Of a stretch of 64,000 nt of DNA, positions 20,721 to 29,751 are shown one piece after another. A model generated the notes under the pieces. It was not told where the DNA came from. It was given only the letters and a program-made list of their open reading frames with translations, and ran no database searches. Each line of letters opens with the position of its first letter. The first letter of the stretch is position 1. The stretch is from Candidatus Zhuqueibacterota bacterium (GTDB lineage: Bacteria; Zhuqueibacterota; Zhuqueibacteria; Thermofontimicrobiales; Thermofontimicrobiaceae). The stretch lies in NCBI GenBank assembly GCA_049322915.1, contig JBMOPW010000026.1:1-64000 (forward strand). Reading direction: 5' to 3'. The position numbers and the translations under genes are program-made.

Positions 20721-21417
20721 GATGTTCACCTCCTTGGGACAACTGCTTGATCCGCGTTTCAGCCTGGGCTGCCCAGGAACTCCCAGGATAGATCTTAATC
20801 AAATCTTGATATGAAGTCAATGCCTCCGAACTATTTTTCAATTGATGATCCAAAATATCAGCAATGCGGAACTGGACATCATCGCATAAGTTGTTTTCAG
20901 GGTACTTTTTTATCAGCAGTTGAAATGTCGCGAGTCCCTGTGTCCAGTCGTTTTGTTTGCAATAAAGCTGGCCCAGTTTTAAATAGGCAGTGATGACCGA
21001 TTTATTGGATGAATAGAGCGTAATCAATTGCTGATAAGCAGTGATGGCCTTTTTTTCTTGCTCCAAATGGAGTTCATATATTTGTGCTAAGTTGAATAAA
21101 CCATCTCCACTTAGAGAATCCCCCGGAAAAAGAGAAATCAGATGTGTATAGTAATCCAAAGCTTTTTCATAATGTCCGAAAACTTCATTCAATTTGGCCA
21201 ATTTGAACGATGCCCGGGGTGCATTTTCGCCTTCCGGGGACTCGGCTAAAATCTGTTCCAAACCTTCGCGATACGTTTCAATGTCAGAAACACTCTTCAG
21301 AATCTTGCTTTCCATGCGTTCCAAATCTTTGAAAGAAGAATCAGCGGATTGATTATTTTGACATGACCAAATAGCCAGACTAACACAGAAAGTGACAAAG
21401 AGGATTTTCTTCTTCAT
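20710..21417 (-). CDS. TPR lipoprotein (BamD/CpoB-like repeats)
   Basis: MKKKILF...IWSC lipoprotein signal; repeats ending L(I)xx(Y/F)PxS; 3' end overlaps the start of the downstream gene. Confidence 0.82.
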   Translation of the reverse strand: MKKKILFVTFCVSLAIWSCQNNQSADSSFKDLERMESKILKSVSDIETYREGLEQILAESPEGENAPRASFKLAKLNEVFGHYEKALDYYTHLISLFPGDSLSGDGLFNLAQIYELHLEQEKKAITAYQQLITLYSSNKSVITAYLKLGQLYCKQNDWTQGLATFQLLIKKYPENNLCDDVQFRIADILDHQLKNSSEALTSYQDLIKIYPGSSWAAQAETRIKQLSQGGEHHEN

Positions 21418-21743
21418 AAGTCGCCTCATAATTTTTTGAGTGAAATTAAAATTAGCCGCGGCGATGAATTGATTTAATAAAATGGTATCATACCTTAATA
21501 GTAGCTGTTCACAGCTTCCGGGTTCACCCAGTGAAATAATACTAAATAACACAACAATTCGGTTGTTATATGATTTAAAGCGCTAGACATAAATTATTTT
21601 AAAATTGAAAATATTTCACGGGGTGAAGCGGTCCCGGTTGGATATAGTCGCGCGAAACATTTTTTATGTTTAAATAGTCCGTCAATAACTGTACGTTATC
21701 ATTAACCTTGAATCCTGAACGATGAACCTGTGAACGGTTATCC

Positions 21744-22244
21744 TTAAAAATCGTTTTTTAACTTTTGGACGGACATTTTTTGCTTGCCCGAATCTTTGTA
21801 CTTTTGAAGGAAACGCTGTTTCCACAAATCGTTAGCAACCGTTTCTCCCCTGGCCGCGCTGAAAACAGCCTGCTTTGTCGGGTAATCTGCCAACTGCAAA
21901 GGTGACTGCGTCGACCGAATGACCTGGTAGATGAAAATCTCCAGGCCGAGCGTAATGATAATTGTCGCAGCAACGGCGTAAACCAACCGCCGGAGGCTTT
22001 TGCGCTGACGGGGAGCCGCAATTTTCAGCTTGTCCAGTTTGTGGGCTAATTGCTCGTCGAATTTTTCAGGCAGCGCCTGGAACTGAAATCGATTCAATAA
22101 CCGGTTGGTTCGAATCAATTCCATTTCGAGGTTAAGGCACGATTTGCATTCCCACAGGTGCCGGTGCATTTCAACACGCTCCTGCTGACTCATTTCCCCG
22201 TGCAAATAGGCGGATAAATTTTGTCTGATTTCGTTGCATCCCAT
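21744..22244 (-). CDS. Zinc-finger (ZAS, zf-HC2) membrane anti-sigma factor
   Basis: HLWECKSC = HxxxCxxC; one TM; directly downstream of the ECF sigma; GGAGG RBS before 22244. Confidence 0.9.
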   Translation of the reverse strand: MGCNEIRQNLSAYLHGEMSQQERVEMHRHLWECKSCLNLEMELIRTNRLLNRFQFQALPEKFDEQLAHKLDKLKIAAPRQRKSLRRLVYAVAATIIITLGLEIFIYQVIRSTQSPLQLADYPTKQAVFSAARGETVANDLWKQRFLQKYKDSGKQKMSVQKLKNDF

Positions 22245-22289
22245 GCGGATTTCCTCCGTTGATTTTGATGTCAAAATTTTCGATGAAGT

Positions 22290-22874
22290 CTAAATGATGT
22301 CGCTGCTTTGAAGAATCTCTTTCATTTTTAACAGCGCGTTGTGCACTCGCGATTTTACCGTTCCCAGAGGGCACTTTTGAATATCGGCGATTTCCTGGTA
22401 GCTCATTCCGTGATACTGGCAGAGAACCAAGGCGGTTCGTTGATTTTCAGGAATTGTATTCAGCGCGCTTTCAATGATCGTTTGCAATTCGAGGTGCTCG
22501 AACTCCTCTGCAGGATTTGCTGACGATTCCTGAATCGTATTTTCATGATCCGGGTAATCAGTTTTTTCTGAATTGACTTCAGAGTGAATTGAAAGAATGG
22601 ATGCTTTTTTCTGCCGTCGAAATTCATCGAAACAAACATTCTGGGCGATGCGAAAAATCCACGCCTTGAATTTCCCTGCGGCGGAGTAGCTTTCAACAGA
22701 TTTATAGATTTTGACAAACACGTCCTGGGTTAAGTCCGAAGCCAGATCGCGATTTTTCACCTTGCTCAAAATGAACTGAAAAAGGTCGTGTTTGTAGCGA
22801 GCCACCAACAGGTCAAAGGCGCTCCTGTCGCCATTTCGAAAGTCTTTCATTAACATGTCATCGGTTCTTTGCAA
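22290..22874 (-). CDS. ECF RNA polymerase sigma factor (RpoE/SigW-like)
   Basis: DLTQDVF, FKAWIFRIAQN (region 2); SYQEIA..PLGTVKSR (region 4). Confidence 0.95.
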   Translation of the reverse strand: MQRTDDMLMKDFRNGDRSAFDLLVARYKHDLFQFILSKVKNRDLASDLTQDVFVKIYKSVESYSAAGKFKAWIFRIAQNVCFDEFRRQKKASILSIHSEVNSEKTDYPDHENTIQESSANPAEEFEHLELQTIIESALNTIPENQRTALVLCQYHGMSYQEIADIQKCPLGTVKSRVHNALLKMKEILQSSDII

Positions 22875-22897
22875 TGCAGTTCTCCGGATTTTCTATT

Positions 22898-22928
22898 ATA
22901 GACAACGTGGATTTATTGAAATGGTTCA
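22898..22928 (-). promoter_or_regulatory. Possible ECF-type autoregulatory promoter
   Basis: Minus strand TGAACC-N15-CGTTGTCTA just upstream of the sigma start. Confidence 0.35.
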
Positions 22929-23263
22929 TTTCATTGTTCTGTCTCGAGGATTTCTTTTGAGTGGATTCAAAAGAATAAAATTTATTGCATGATCGTATAA
23001 AATTTATTATCTTGTGAAAGCCTCAATCTTCAGACTGATTCATCCTTGAATTGTTAATTTATTAAATAGTTAAATTTCTAAACTGGATTTTTATATTCAA
23101 ATTTAGCTATTTAATTTCTAAAGACATATGGAGTGAATTGACTGTGTCAATTCATGCATCGACACAGTCGATACACTCCATACTAAAATAATACGTTATG
23201 AGCTCATTTGATATTTCATTTAAGAAATTCAGGAAATATTTTAAATTCATTGAAGGAAAATGA

Positions 23264-23869
23264 ATGCTAAAAGTTGGCATTACAGGTGGAATAGGCTGTG
23301 GAAAATCAGAAGTTTGTCGCTTACTGGAGAAACAAGGCATTCCGGTTATTCATGCAGATGTTGTCGCCAAAGATATTGTCAACGAAAATGAACAGGTAAA
23401 GCGCCAACTCAAGCAGGCGTTTGGAGATGACGTTTACTTGCCGGATGACACGCTGGATCGAAAACGAGTGGCGGACATTATTTTCAATGATGAAAATGCA
23501 AAGATGCAAATCAACCGGATTGTTCATCCGCATGTTCTCGAATATCAAAAAAATGAGTTACTCCGGATGAAAGCGTCCGGCAAAGTGAAGATCGCTTGTG
23601 TTGAAGCAGCGCTGATCTTTGAAGCTGGTTCTCAGAATCAGTTCGATATCATTGTGGTGGTGGCCGCGACCCCGGAGACGATCATGAATCGTCTAAAGGT
23701 CAGAGACGGATTGAGTGAAGATGAGATTATGAAGCGAATAAAATCTCAAATGGAATTAGCCGAGAAAATAAAACGGGCCGACTTTGTTGTTCACAATGAC
23801 GGCCCGCTCGATGAATTGAACCATAAAGTTAAACGGTTATTTAATTGGTTAAATAACCAAGAGAGGTGA
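23264..23869 (+). CDS. coaE: Dephospho-CoA kinase
   Basis: GITGGIGCGKS P-loop; LDRKR..IIF, IVHP, RIKSQM motifs. Confidence 0.96.
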   Translation: MLKVGITGGIGCGKSEVCRLLEKQGIPVIHADVVAKDIVNENEQVKRQLKQAFGDDVYLPDDTLDRKRVADIIFNDENAKMQINRIVHPHVLEYQKNELLRMKASGKVKIACVEAALIFEAGSQNQFDIIVVVAATPETIMNRLKVRDGLSEDEIMKRIKSQMELAEKIKRADFVVHNDGPLDELNHKVKRLFNWLNNQER

Positions 23870-24329
23870 GGTCAAATTAATAGTCATCATTTCTGAGAAA
23901 CCCGGTACATTTTGCACCTTTGCACAGCATGCATTCAAAAAACCAACCTGTTTCATTCTCGGCAAGTGTTAATTTAAAATCATTGTACATGGTTCTGAAT
24001 TGATCGCGATAAGGACAAATCGCAGCAATCATTTTAGCGACTTGTTGTATATCCGTTGATGTGGTGAATTGCTCTTTTGCGCTTATCATTTTTCCTGATC
24101 GAAGTTTGAGTCGAGTGTGAGTGCGTTTGTTATCTCATTTTTATCCTGTTTGTTTTTGAATTTGTAACTCAACTTTTGTCTCAATAGTTGACATTTTCTT
24201 CTTTCCAAAATTTATGCCATTCCTTCAGTACATTGATTGGCAACGACGACAATGAGATATCCCTCTCTGAACTGCAATGGCGCTAGTTGACTCTGTTCGA
24301 TTCTGAAACAGTCGATGACATAAACGTAA

Positions 24330-26729
24330 TTGCATGATGAATCGATGAAACTTTCAGTCCTCAATACTTCGCCAGCGTTTAAAGTTGCCCTCCTTTTTAC
24401 AGCAGGAGTGATCATGGGTCGATGTACATCCATCAACCCTGTTGTTACATTCTTCATCTTTGTCACTGTTTCCATAGCTGCAACTATCTTGTTTTGCAGA
24501 AATATTTCTCTGGCAAATATTCTATTCACCGTGGCTCTGGTTGCTGCAGGTGTGTTGATATACTCAATGAAAACCAGAGCTTTTCCTTCCAATCATGTCA
24601 TGCATTTTACCGATCTGAATCAGCGGATCGGCATGGTTGGCAGCGTGATCGGATTCCCTGATTTTAGAAAGGACCGCGTTGAAATAACCGTTTCACTGGA
24701 GCAAATAATCATCGATACGACCCGCTGGAACGTCTGCGGAAATATTTTGGTGAAAGTTCAGGAGCCGCATTTTTATCCCCGTTACCGGGACAGGCTCACC
24801 TTTTTCGGAAAATTGGTAACGCCCGCCGGAGAGCGCAATCCCGGGGATTTTAACTATCGAGAATTCTTGGCAGCCAATGGCGTCTATGGGCTTGTTTATC
24901 TCCGCAGCATCGGGGACATCACAAACATCGCACGGGATGACCATCGGACGTTGATGCATGCGGTGCAATTTGTGAAGGATAAATTGTACTTTGCCATCAA
25001 TGATTTGTATGATGAAAAAACGCGGCCATTGGTCAAAGGACTGATATTAGGCGAGCGCGGGGAAATCTCCCCTGAAATTACCGCAGCGTTCACCCGGACA
25101 GGTATCATTCATATTCTGGCTATTTCAGGTCTTCACATCACCTATATCAGCCTCATTTTTTTCATGCTGTTCAGTCTGCTGCGGTTCTCCTATCGGGCTC
25201 GAATTTATGCAGTTATGCTGAGCATCTTAGGCTATAATCTGCTCGTCGGATTCGAACCTCCCATCGTCCGCTCTTCGTTGATGGGAGTGTTGTTTTTAGC
25301 CGGCAAATTGATGCAACGCCCTGTCAATGTGCTGAATATTATTTCAGCGTCAGCCCTTATCATCCTCCTCGTCAATCCACTGGCGCTGTTTCAGGCATCG
25401 TTTCAATTATCCTACGGAGCGGTCATTTCGATCATTTATTTCTATCAGCGGCTGAAATTTTTCTTTGAAAAAATACCTTTATTCCGTACATTGACTGCAT
25501 TCAAATTGGGCGATTATCTGGCCGTGATGATTCTGGTTTCGCTGGCAGCGCAATTGGGGACACTGCCCATTGTGCTGTATTATTTCCAACTGATTCCAGC
25601 CATTGCGCTCATCTTGAATGTGATAGCCATTCCACTTTCAGGCGTGATCATCGCGCTTGGATTTGCGTCATTGGCCGCCTCTTTTTTCTCGGCTTCAATT
25701 GCGCAGTTATACGCCCATGCCAATATCGCCTGTCTGAATTTTTTAATTACGGTCGTCGAAAAGGCTGAGAAAATCAAGTACGGTTCGTTTGAAGCGCCTT
25801 CGATCACTATGGCGTGGGTCGTAATCTACTACTTGTTTTTATGGCTCATACTGAATATCGAAAAAAGAAGCTTTCGCAAAGTATTGGTCTTTTCCCTGTT
25901 GCTCGTCCTGAATATAGGACTGTTTCAGTTCATTCGAGCGGACAACCGATGGCTTGAGGTGATATTTTTCGATGTTGGACAGGGCGACGCTGCGCTGGTC
26001 AGCTTTCCCAATGGAAAGCGGTTGCTCATCGACGCCGGTCCGACGCTCCAGGATTTTGATGCCGGACGATATTTTCTGGTACCCTATTTTAAACGGGAAG
26101 GCATCCGACGGTTGAGTACGGTGGTGTTGTCCCATGCGGATAACGACCATATCGGTGGCATGCCGTCTGTGCTGCGGTCGGTGCGTGTCGAGCGGGTGGT
26201 GGATACCGGCCTGTTTCACAACTCGAAAATTTGCTCGGTTTACACGCATGTCATTGACAGCCTGAACATAGATTATTGCATCGCTGATGTGGGCGTTCGA
26301 ATTGACGTTTCAAAAGAATATGGTGTCCACATTCTTCATCCCGGAAAACGGCAGCGCGAGATTTTGGATCGCGATATCAATAACAATTCTGTTGTCCTTA
26401 AAATCTGTTACGGCGACGTGAGCTTTCTCTTTGCCGGGGATATCGAACGGGAGGCGGAACAATTGCTGGTGGATTACGGGGAGGCACTTCACGCGACTGT
26501 TTTGAAGATTGCTCATCACGGCAGCAATACGTCATCGACGCGCGAGTTTCTAAATCTGGTCAAGCCGGAATTCGCGGTCATTTCCCTGGGAAAAAACAAC
26601 AAATTCAATTTTCCCTCGGACGAGGTGCTGGAGCGTTTGAATTCCATGTACATAAACATCTTACGGACTGATGAAAATGGAGCCATCATTTTCAGGACAG
26701 ATGGGAGCCGTCTGATTCGAGTGCGATAA
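24330..26729 (+). CDS. comEC: DNA internalization competence protein ComEC/Rec2
   Basis: HILAISGLH, SFQLS, FDVGQGD, SHADNDHIGG, HHGS; multiple TMs. Confidence 0.95.
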   Translation: MHDESMKLSVLNTSPAFKVALLFTAGVIMGRCTSINPVVTFFIFVTVSIAATILFCRNISLANILFTVALVAAGVLIYSMKTRAFPSNHVMHFTDLNQRIGMVGSVIGFPDFRKDRVEITVSLEQIIIDTTRWNVCGNILVKVQEPHFYPRYRDRLTFFGKLVTPAGERNPGDFNYREFLAANGVYGLVYLRSIGDITNIARDDHRTLMHAVQFVKDKLYFAINDLYDEKTRPLVKGLILGERGEISPEITAAFTRTGIIHILAISGLHITYISLIFFMLFSLLRFSYRARIYAVMLSILGYNLLVGFEPPIVRSSLMGVLFLAGKLMQRPVNVLNIISASALIILLVNPLALFQASFQLSYGAVISIIYFYQRLKFFFEKIPLFRTLTAFKLGDYLAVMILVSLAAQLGTLPIVLYYFQLIPAIALILNVIAIPLSGVIIALGFASLAASFFSASIAQLYAHANIACLNFLITVVEKAEKIKYGSFEAPSITMAWVVIYYLFLWLILNIEKRSFRKVLVFSLLLVLNIGLFQFIRADNRWLEVIFFDVGQGDAALVSFPNGKRLLIDAGPTLQDFDAGRYFLVPYFKREGIRRLSTVVLSHADNDHIGGMPSVLRSVRVERVVDTGLFHNSKICSVYTHVIDSLNIDYCIADVGVRIDVSKEYGVHILHPGKRQREILDRDINNNSVVLKICYGDVSFLFAGDIEREAEQLLVDYGEALHATVLKIAHHGSNTSSTREFLNLVKPEFAVISLGKNNKFNFPSDEVLERLNSMYINILRTDENGAIIFRTDGSRLIRVR

Positions 26730-26745
26730 GCAGGGGAGTGTTTTC

Positions 26746-28188
26746 ATGAGAAATACCAAGATAGTCTGCACCTTAGGGCCGGCCACAAGTTCCGAAACCA
26801 TGGTCGCCAGATTGATCGACGCCGGCATGAGCGTGGCCCGCCTCAATTTTTCACACGGCAGCCATGACGATCATCGCCGGATGATCGGGATCATCCGAAA
26901 GGTGTCCGCTCAGCTCAATGCGCCCGTGGCAATTTTGCAGGACTTGCAGGGTCCAAAATTACGAGTCGGTAAAATAAAGGACAGTTCGGTGGAACTGCAC
27001 AAAGGTCGCCTCATTCGAATTACCACCGAGGACGTGATCGGGACCGCGGAACTGGTATCTACGACGTACAAACAATTGCCCAACGATGTACAGGCCGGCG
27101 ATCGAATTCTGCTCGATGATGGATTACTTCAATTGCGGGTCGAGGAGGTTCAATCGCATCAGATTGTCTGTAAAATCCTCGAAGGCGGAACTCTGTCCGA
27201 TCATAAAGGCATTAATCTACCTGGCATTTATATCAGTCAGCCTTCGTTCACGGAAAAAGACCATGCCGATCTACTGTTTGGCATCGGGCAGGAAGTGGAT
27301 CTGGTCGCGATTTCCTTTGTCCGATGCGCTGCTGACGTGGCGCAGGTGAAAAAGCTCATCGCCGAGCACAACAAAGATATTCTGGTGCTGGCCAAACTGG
27401 AAAAACCGGAGGCCATCAGGGATCTGGATGCGATACTCACAGTCGCCGACGGCGCCATGATCGCGCGTGGCGATTTGGGCGTTGAGTTGCCGCTGGAAAA
27501 AGTACCGCTGCTGCAGAAGCAGATCATTCGCACCGCGCTGCAAAAAGGCAAACCGGTCATCACCGCCACGCAGATGCTGGAATCGATGCGTTTCTATACG
27601 AGGCCCACGCGCGCCGAGGTCTCCGATGTCGCCAATGCCATTTTCGACGGTACCGATGCCGTGATGCTCTCTGCCGAAACCGCAACCGGCAAATACCCGA
27701 TTGCTGCTGTGAAGACCATGGCAAAGATAATCGTGGAGGCGGAGCAATCCCTGCAGACCGAATCGACTCTGCGGAATTCATGGCCGGGCAACAAGAGAAT
27801 CCATGGCATACCGGATTTGATCAGCCTTTCTACCTGCGCGGCAGCAGAGCATCTGAACCTGAAGGCCATCATCGCGTTCACGACGTCCGGCTTTACCGCT
27901 CGGATGCTGGCCAAATACCGGCCTTTGTCCCGAATTATTGCTTTCACGCCGTCCCAACTTGTGCAGCGGCAATTGAGCCTGTCCTGGGGGGTCGTTCCCA
28001 TGAAGACGGATGAAATTAAAAATACAGATGAGGTCGTCCTGCAGACCGTGAGGAGATTGCTGGAAAACAAGCTGGTGAAGCCCGGCGACATTGTGGCGAT
28101 TCTTCTCGGAGCGCCATTGTTCAAAAAAGGCACGACCAATTTGATGAAGCTGCATGTCATCGGCGAAGATGATGAGATGATCATTTGA
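26746..28188 (+). CDS. pyk: Pyruvate kinase
   Basis: TKIVCTLGPA, RLNFSHG, DLQGPKLR, ARGDLGVE, TATQMLESM. Confidence 0.98.
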   Translation: MRNTKIVCTLGPATSSETMVARLIDAGMSVARLNFSHGSHDDHRRMIGIIRKVSAQLNAPVAILQDLQGPKLRVGKIKDSSVELHKGRLIRITTEDVIGTAELVSTTYKQLPNDVQAGDRILLDDGLLQLRVEEVQSHQIVCKILEGGTLSDHKGINLPGIYISQPSFTEKDHADLLFGIGQEVDLVAISFVRCAADVAQVKKLIAEHNKDILVLAKLEKPEAIRDLDAILTVADGAMIARGDLGVELPLEKVPLLQKQIIRTALQKGKPVITATQMLESMRFYTRPTRAEVSDVANAIFDGTDAVMLSAETATGKYPIAAVKTMAKIIVEAEQSLQTESTLRNSWPGNKRIHGIPDLISLSTCAAAEHLNLKAIIAFTTSGFTARMLAKYRPLSRIIAFTPSQLVQRQLSLSWGVVPMKTDEIKNTDEVVLQTVRRLLENKLVKPGDIVAILLGAPLFKKGTTNLMKLHVIGEDDEMII

Positions 28189-28408
28189 TCTCTTAACTCT
28201 GTTTTAGCTAAACTCGTGCAAAGAATAGTCTGTGGCTTCGATATAATTGCAGGAATGTTACTGAACTCAACTTCAATCGGACATAGATTTACTATAGTTG
28301 GCCAGGCGTCATGCTGTTTGCAGCCCTCCCCTGGAGCAGAAGGCAACTGCTGTAATTTAAAAAAAAACTGAAATGCGTGGCACACTGATTTCACAGAGAT
28401 AAGGAGTA

Positions 28409-29401
28409 ATGATTATGAGTAACAATTTTCGCCGGGCGCTTGTTCTGTTGCTTCCCATCTTTCTGATGATGTGCGCGAAACGTCAGGCGCCGGAAGTCCC
28501 TGCTTCGGTTCAACCCAACGTGATGCTCATTATTTTCAATCCGATCATTGAATCGGAACAGAATAAAACATTGGTCGATCTGTTCAACTGGCACAATCCG
28601 GATTCGCTGGCGCAGGTGTATGCTGCGGATTTGAAAGAGGTGAGCCAGGGCTACCTGAATTATCGCATCGTGGCGCGGGTGGAAGTGGACGAGTTTCCAA
28701 TAAAACTGGACGGCTTCCGCTACACCGACGAGTCGTTTTTGACGGCATGGCGTACACGCGACGGATTCCACCAGCCGGACAATGTGGATTACAACGCCAT
28801 TTTCAACCAGTTCGACATTTTCAATAAAGTCGAACGCCGGGAAATCGATGAGGTGTGGTGTTTCACGTTTCCCTATTCCGGCTTCTGGGAATCCACCATG
28901 GCCGGCGCCGGCGCGTTCTATTGCAACTCAGACCCGGTCCCGGGGACTGGCCACTGCAGCCGGCGATTCATCACCATGGGTTTCAATTACGAGCGGTGCG
29001 TCGGGTGCATGCTAGAAGATTTCGGCCATCTCACAGAATCGATCATGAGCCACGTTTTCCGGCATGCGCCGGCAGAACAAAATTACTGGACAAAATTCAC
29101 ACTGTACGACAAGGTCGCGCCGGGGCAATCCCAATGCGGGAATGTCCACTTTGCGCCCAATAGCGAGAAAGATTATGACTGGGGCAATCCGCGCTTCGTG
29201 ACCAGCTTTTGCGATGACTGGTATAATTTCCCAAATTTTAAGGGCGTGTCCCGCAGCGTGAATTGCGAGGAGTGGGGGAGCGGCGACATGCGCGGCCATC
29301 ATCGCTGGTGGCTGAAGCATATTCCGCACATGGACCGGAGCCTGAATGGCATCTCCAATAACTGGTGGTATTACATGAGCGATGTGAATTGCGTCCAGTG
29401 A
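28409..29401 (+). CDS. Conserved hypothetical lipoprotein, His/Cys/Trp-rich
   Basis: 330 aa; AGGAG RBS; lipobox-like FLMMC; motifs IDEVW, EDFGHLTES, CGNVHFAPN, HHRWW. Confidence 0.8.
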   Translation: MIMSNNFRRALVLLLPIFLMMCAKRQAPEVPASVQPNVMLIIFNPIIESEQNKTLVDLFNWHNPDSLAQVYAADLKEVSQGYLNYRIVARVEVDEFPIKLDGFRYTDESFLTAWRTRDGFHQPDNVDYNAIFNQFDIFNKVERREIDEVWCFTFPYSGFWESTMAGAGAFYCNSDPVPGTGHCSRRFITMGFNYERCVGCMLEDFGHLTESIMSHVFRHAPAEQNYWTKFTLYDKVAPGQSQCGNVHFAPNSEKDYDWGNPRFVTSFCDDWYNFPNFKGVSRSVNCEEWGSGDMRGHHRWWLKHIPHMDRSLNGISNNWWYYMSDVNCVQ

Positions 29402-29492
29402 GTCCTGAATGGGCGCTGCAAAGCCGGCGCTCCATTTTTCTGCGGCAGCAGCAGGCAAATATTTTTCAGACTTTGTTTGGCCGAAAATTTTT

Positions 29493-29619
29493 CAGAGCGC
29501 GGATGATGCTGTTGATCCGCCAAAAAGATGGCGGACGTTCCGTCCGCCGATTTTACAGGAGGAGCATCCGCGCAATCAGCGTTCATTTCTTTTTTGGTTC
29601 AATCTTCTCCGGGTTTGGA
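29493..29619. repeat. Palindromic REP-like repeat family C, copy 1
   Basis: 28-nt core atccgccaaaaagatggcggacgttccg (29515-29542) recurs inverted at 33499-33526; the 3' part resembles 42510-42568. Confidence 0.7.
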
Positions 29620-29663
29620 AGGAAGAAATTTTTATTTCTCTCACAGACCAGCCAGATTTCCGC

Positions 29664-29692
29664 TTGACTTTTACCCTCGATTTAACTATAGT
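29664..29692 (+). promoter_or_regulatory. Sigma-70 promoter
   Basis: TTGACT-N17-TATAGT about 60 nt upstream of ATG 29752. Confidence 0.55.
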
Positions 29693-29751
29693 ATAACACT
29701 TAATTTTTTTCAGGGAACACCCCTTATTGACATTGTGAGTTCGGAAACGAC

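Noticed and set aside
28378..28393. Sigma-54-like motif TGGCACACTGATTTCA before the lipoprotein gene
   Set aside because: Lacks the conserved -12 GC and would leave almost no leader
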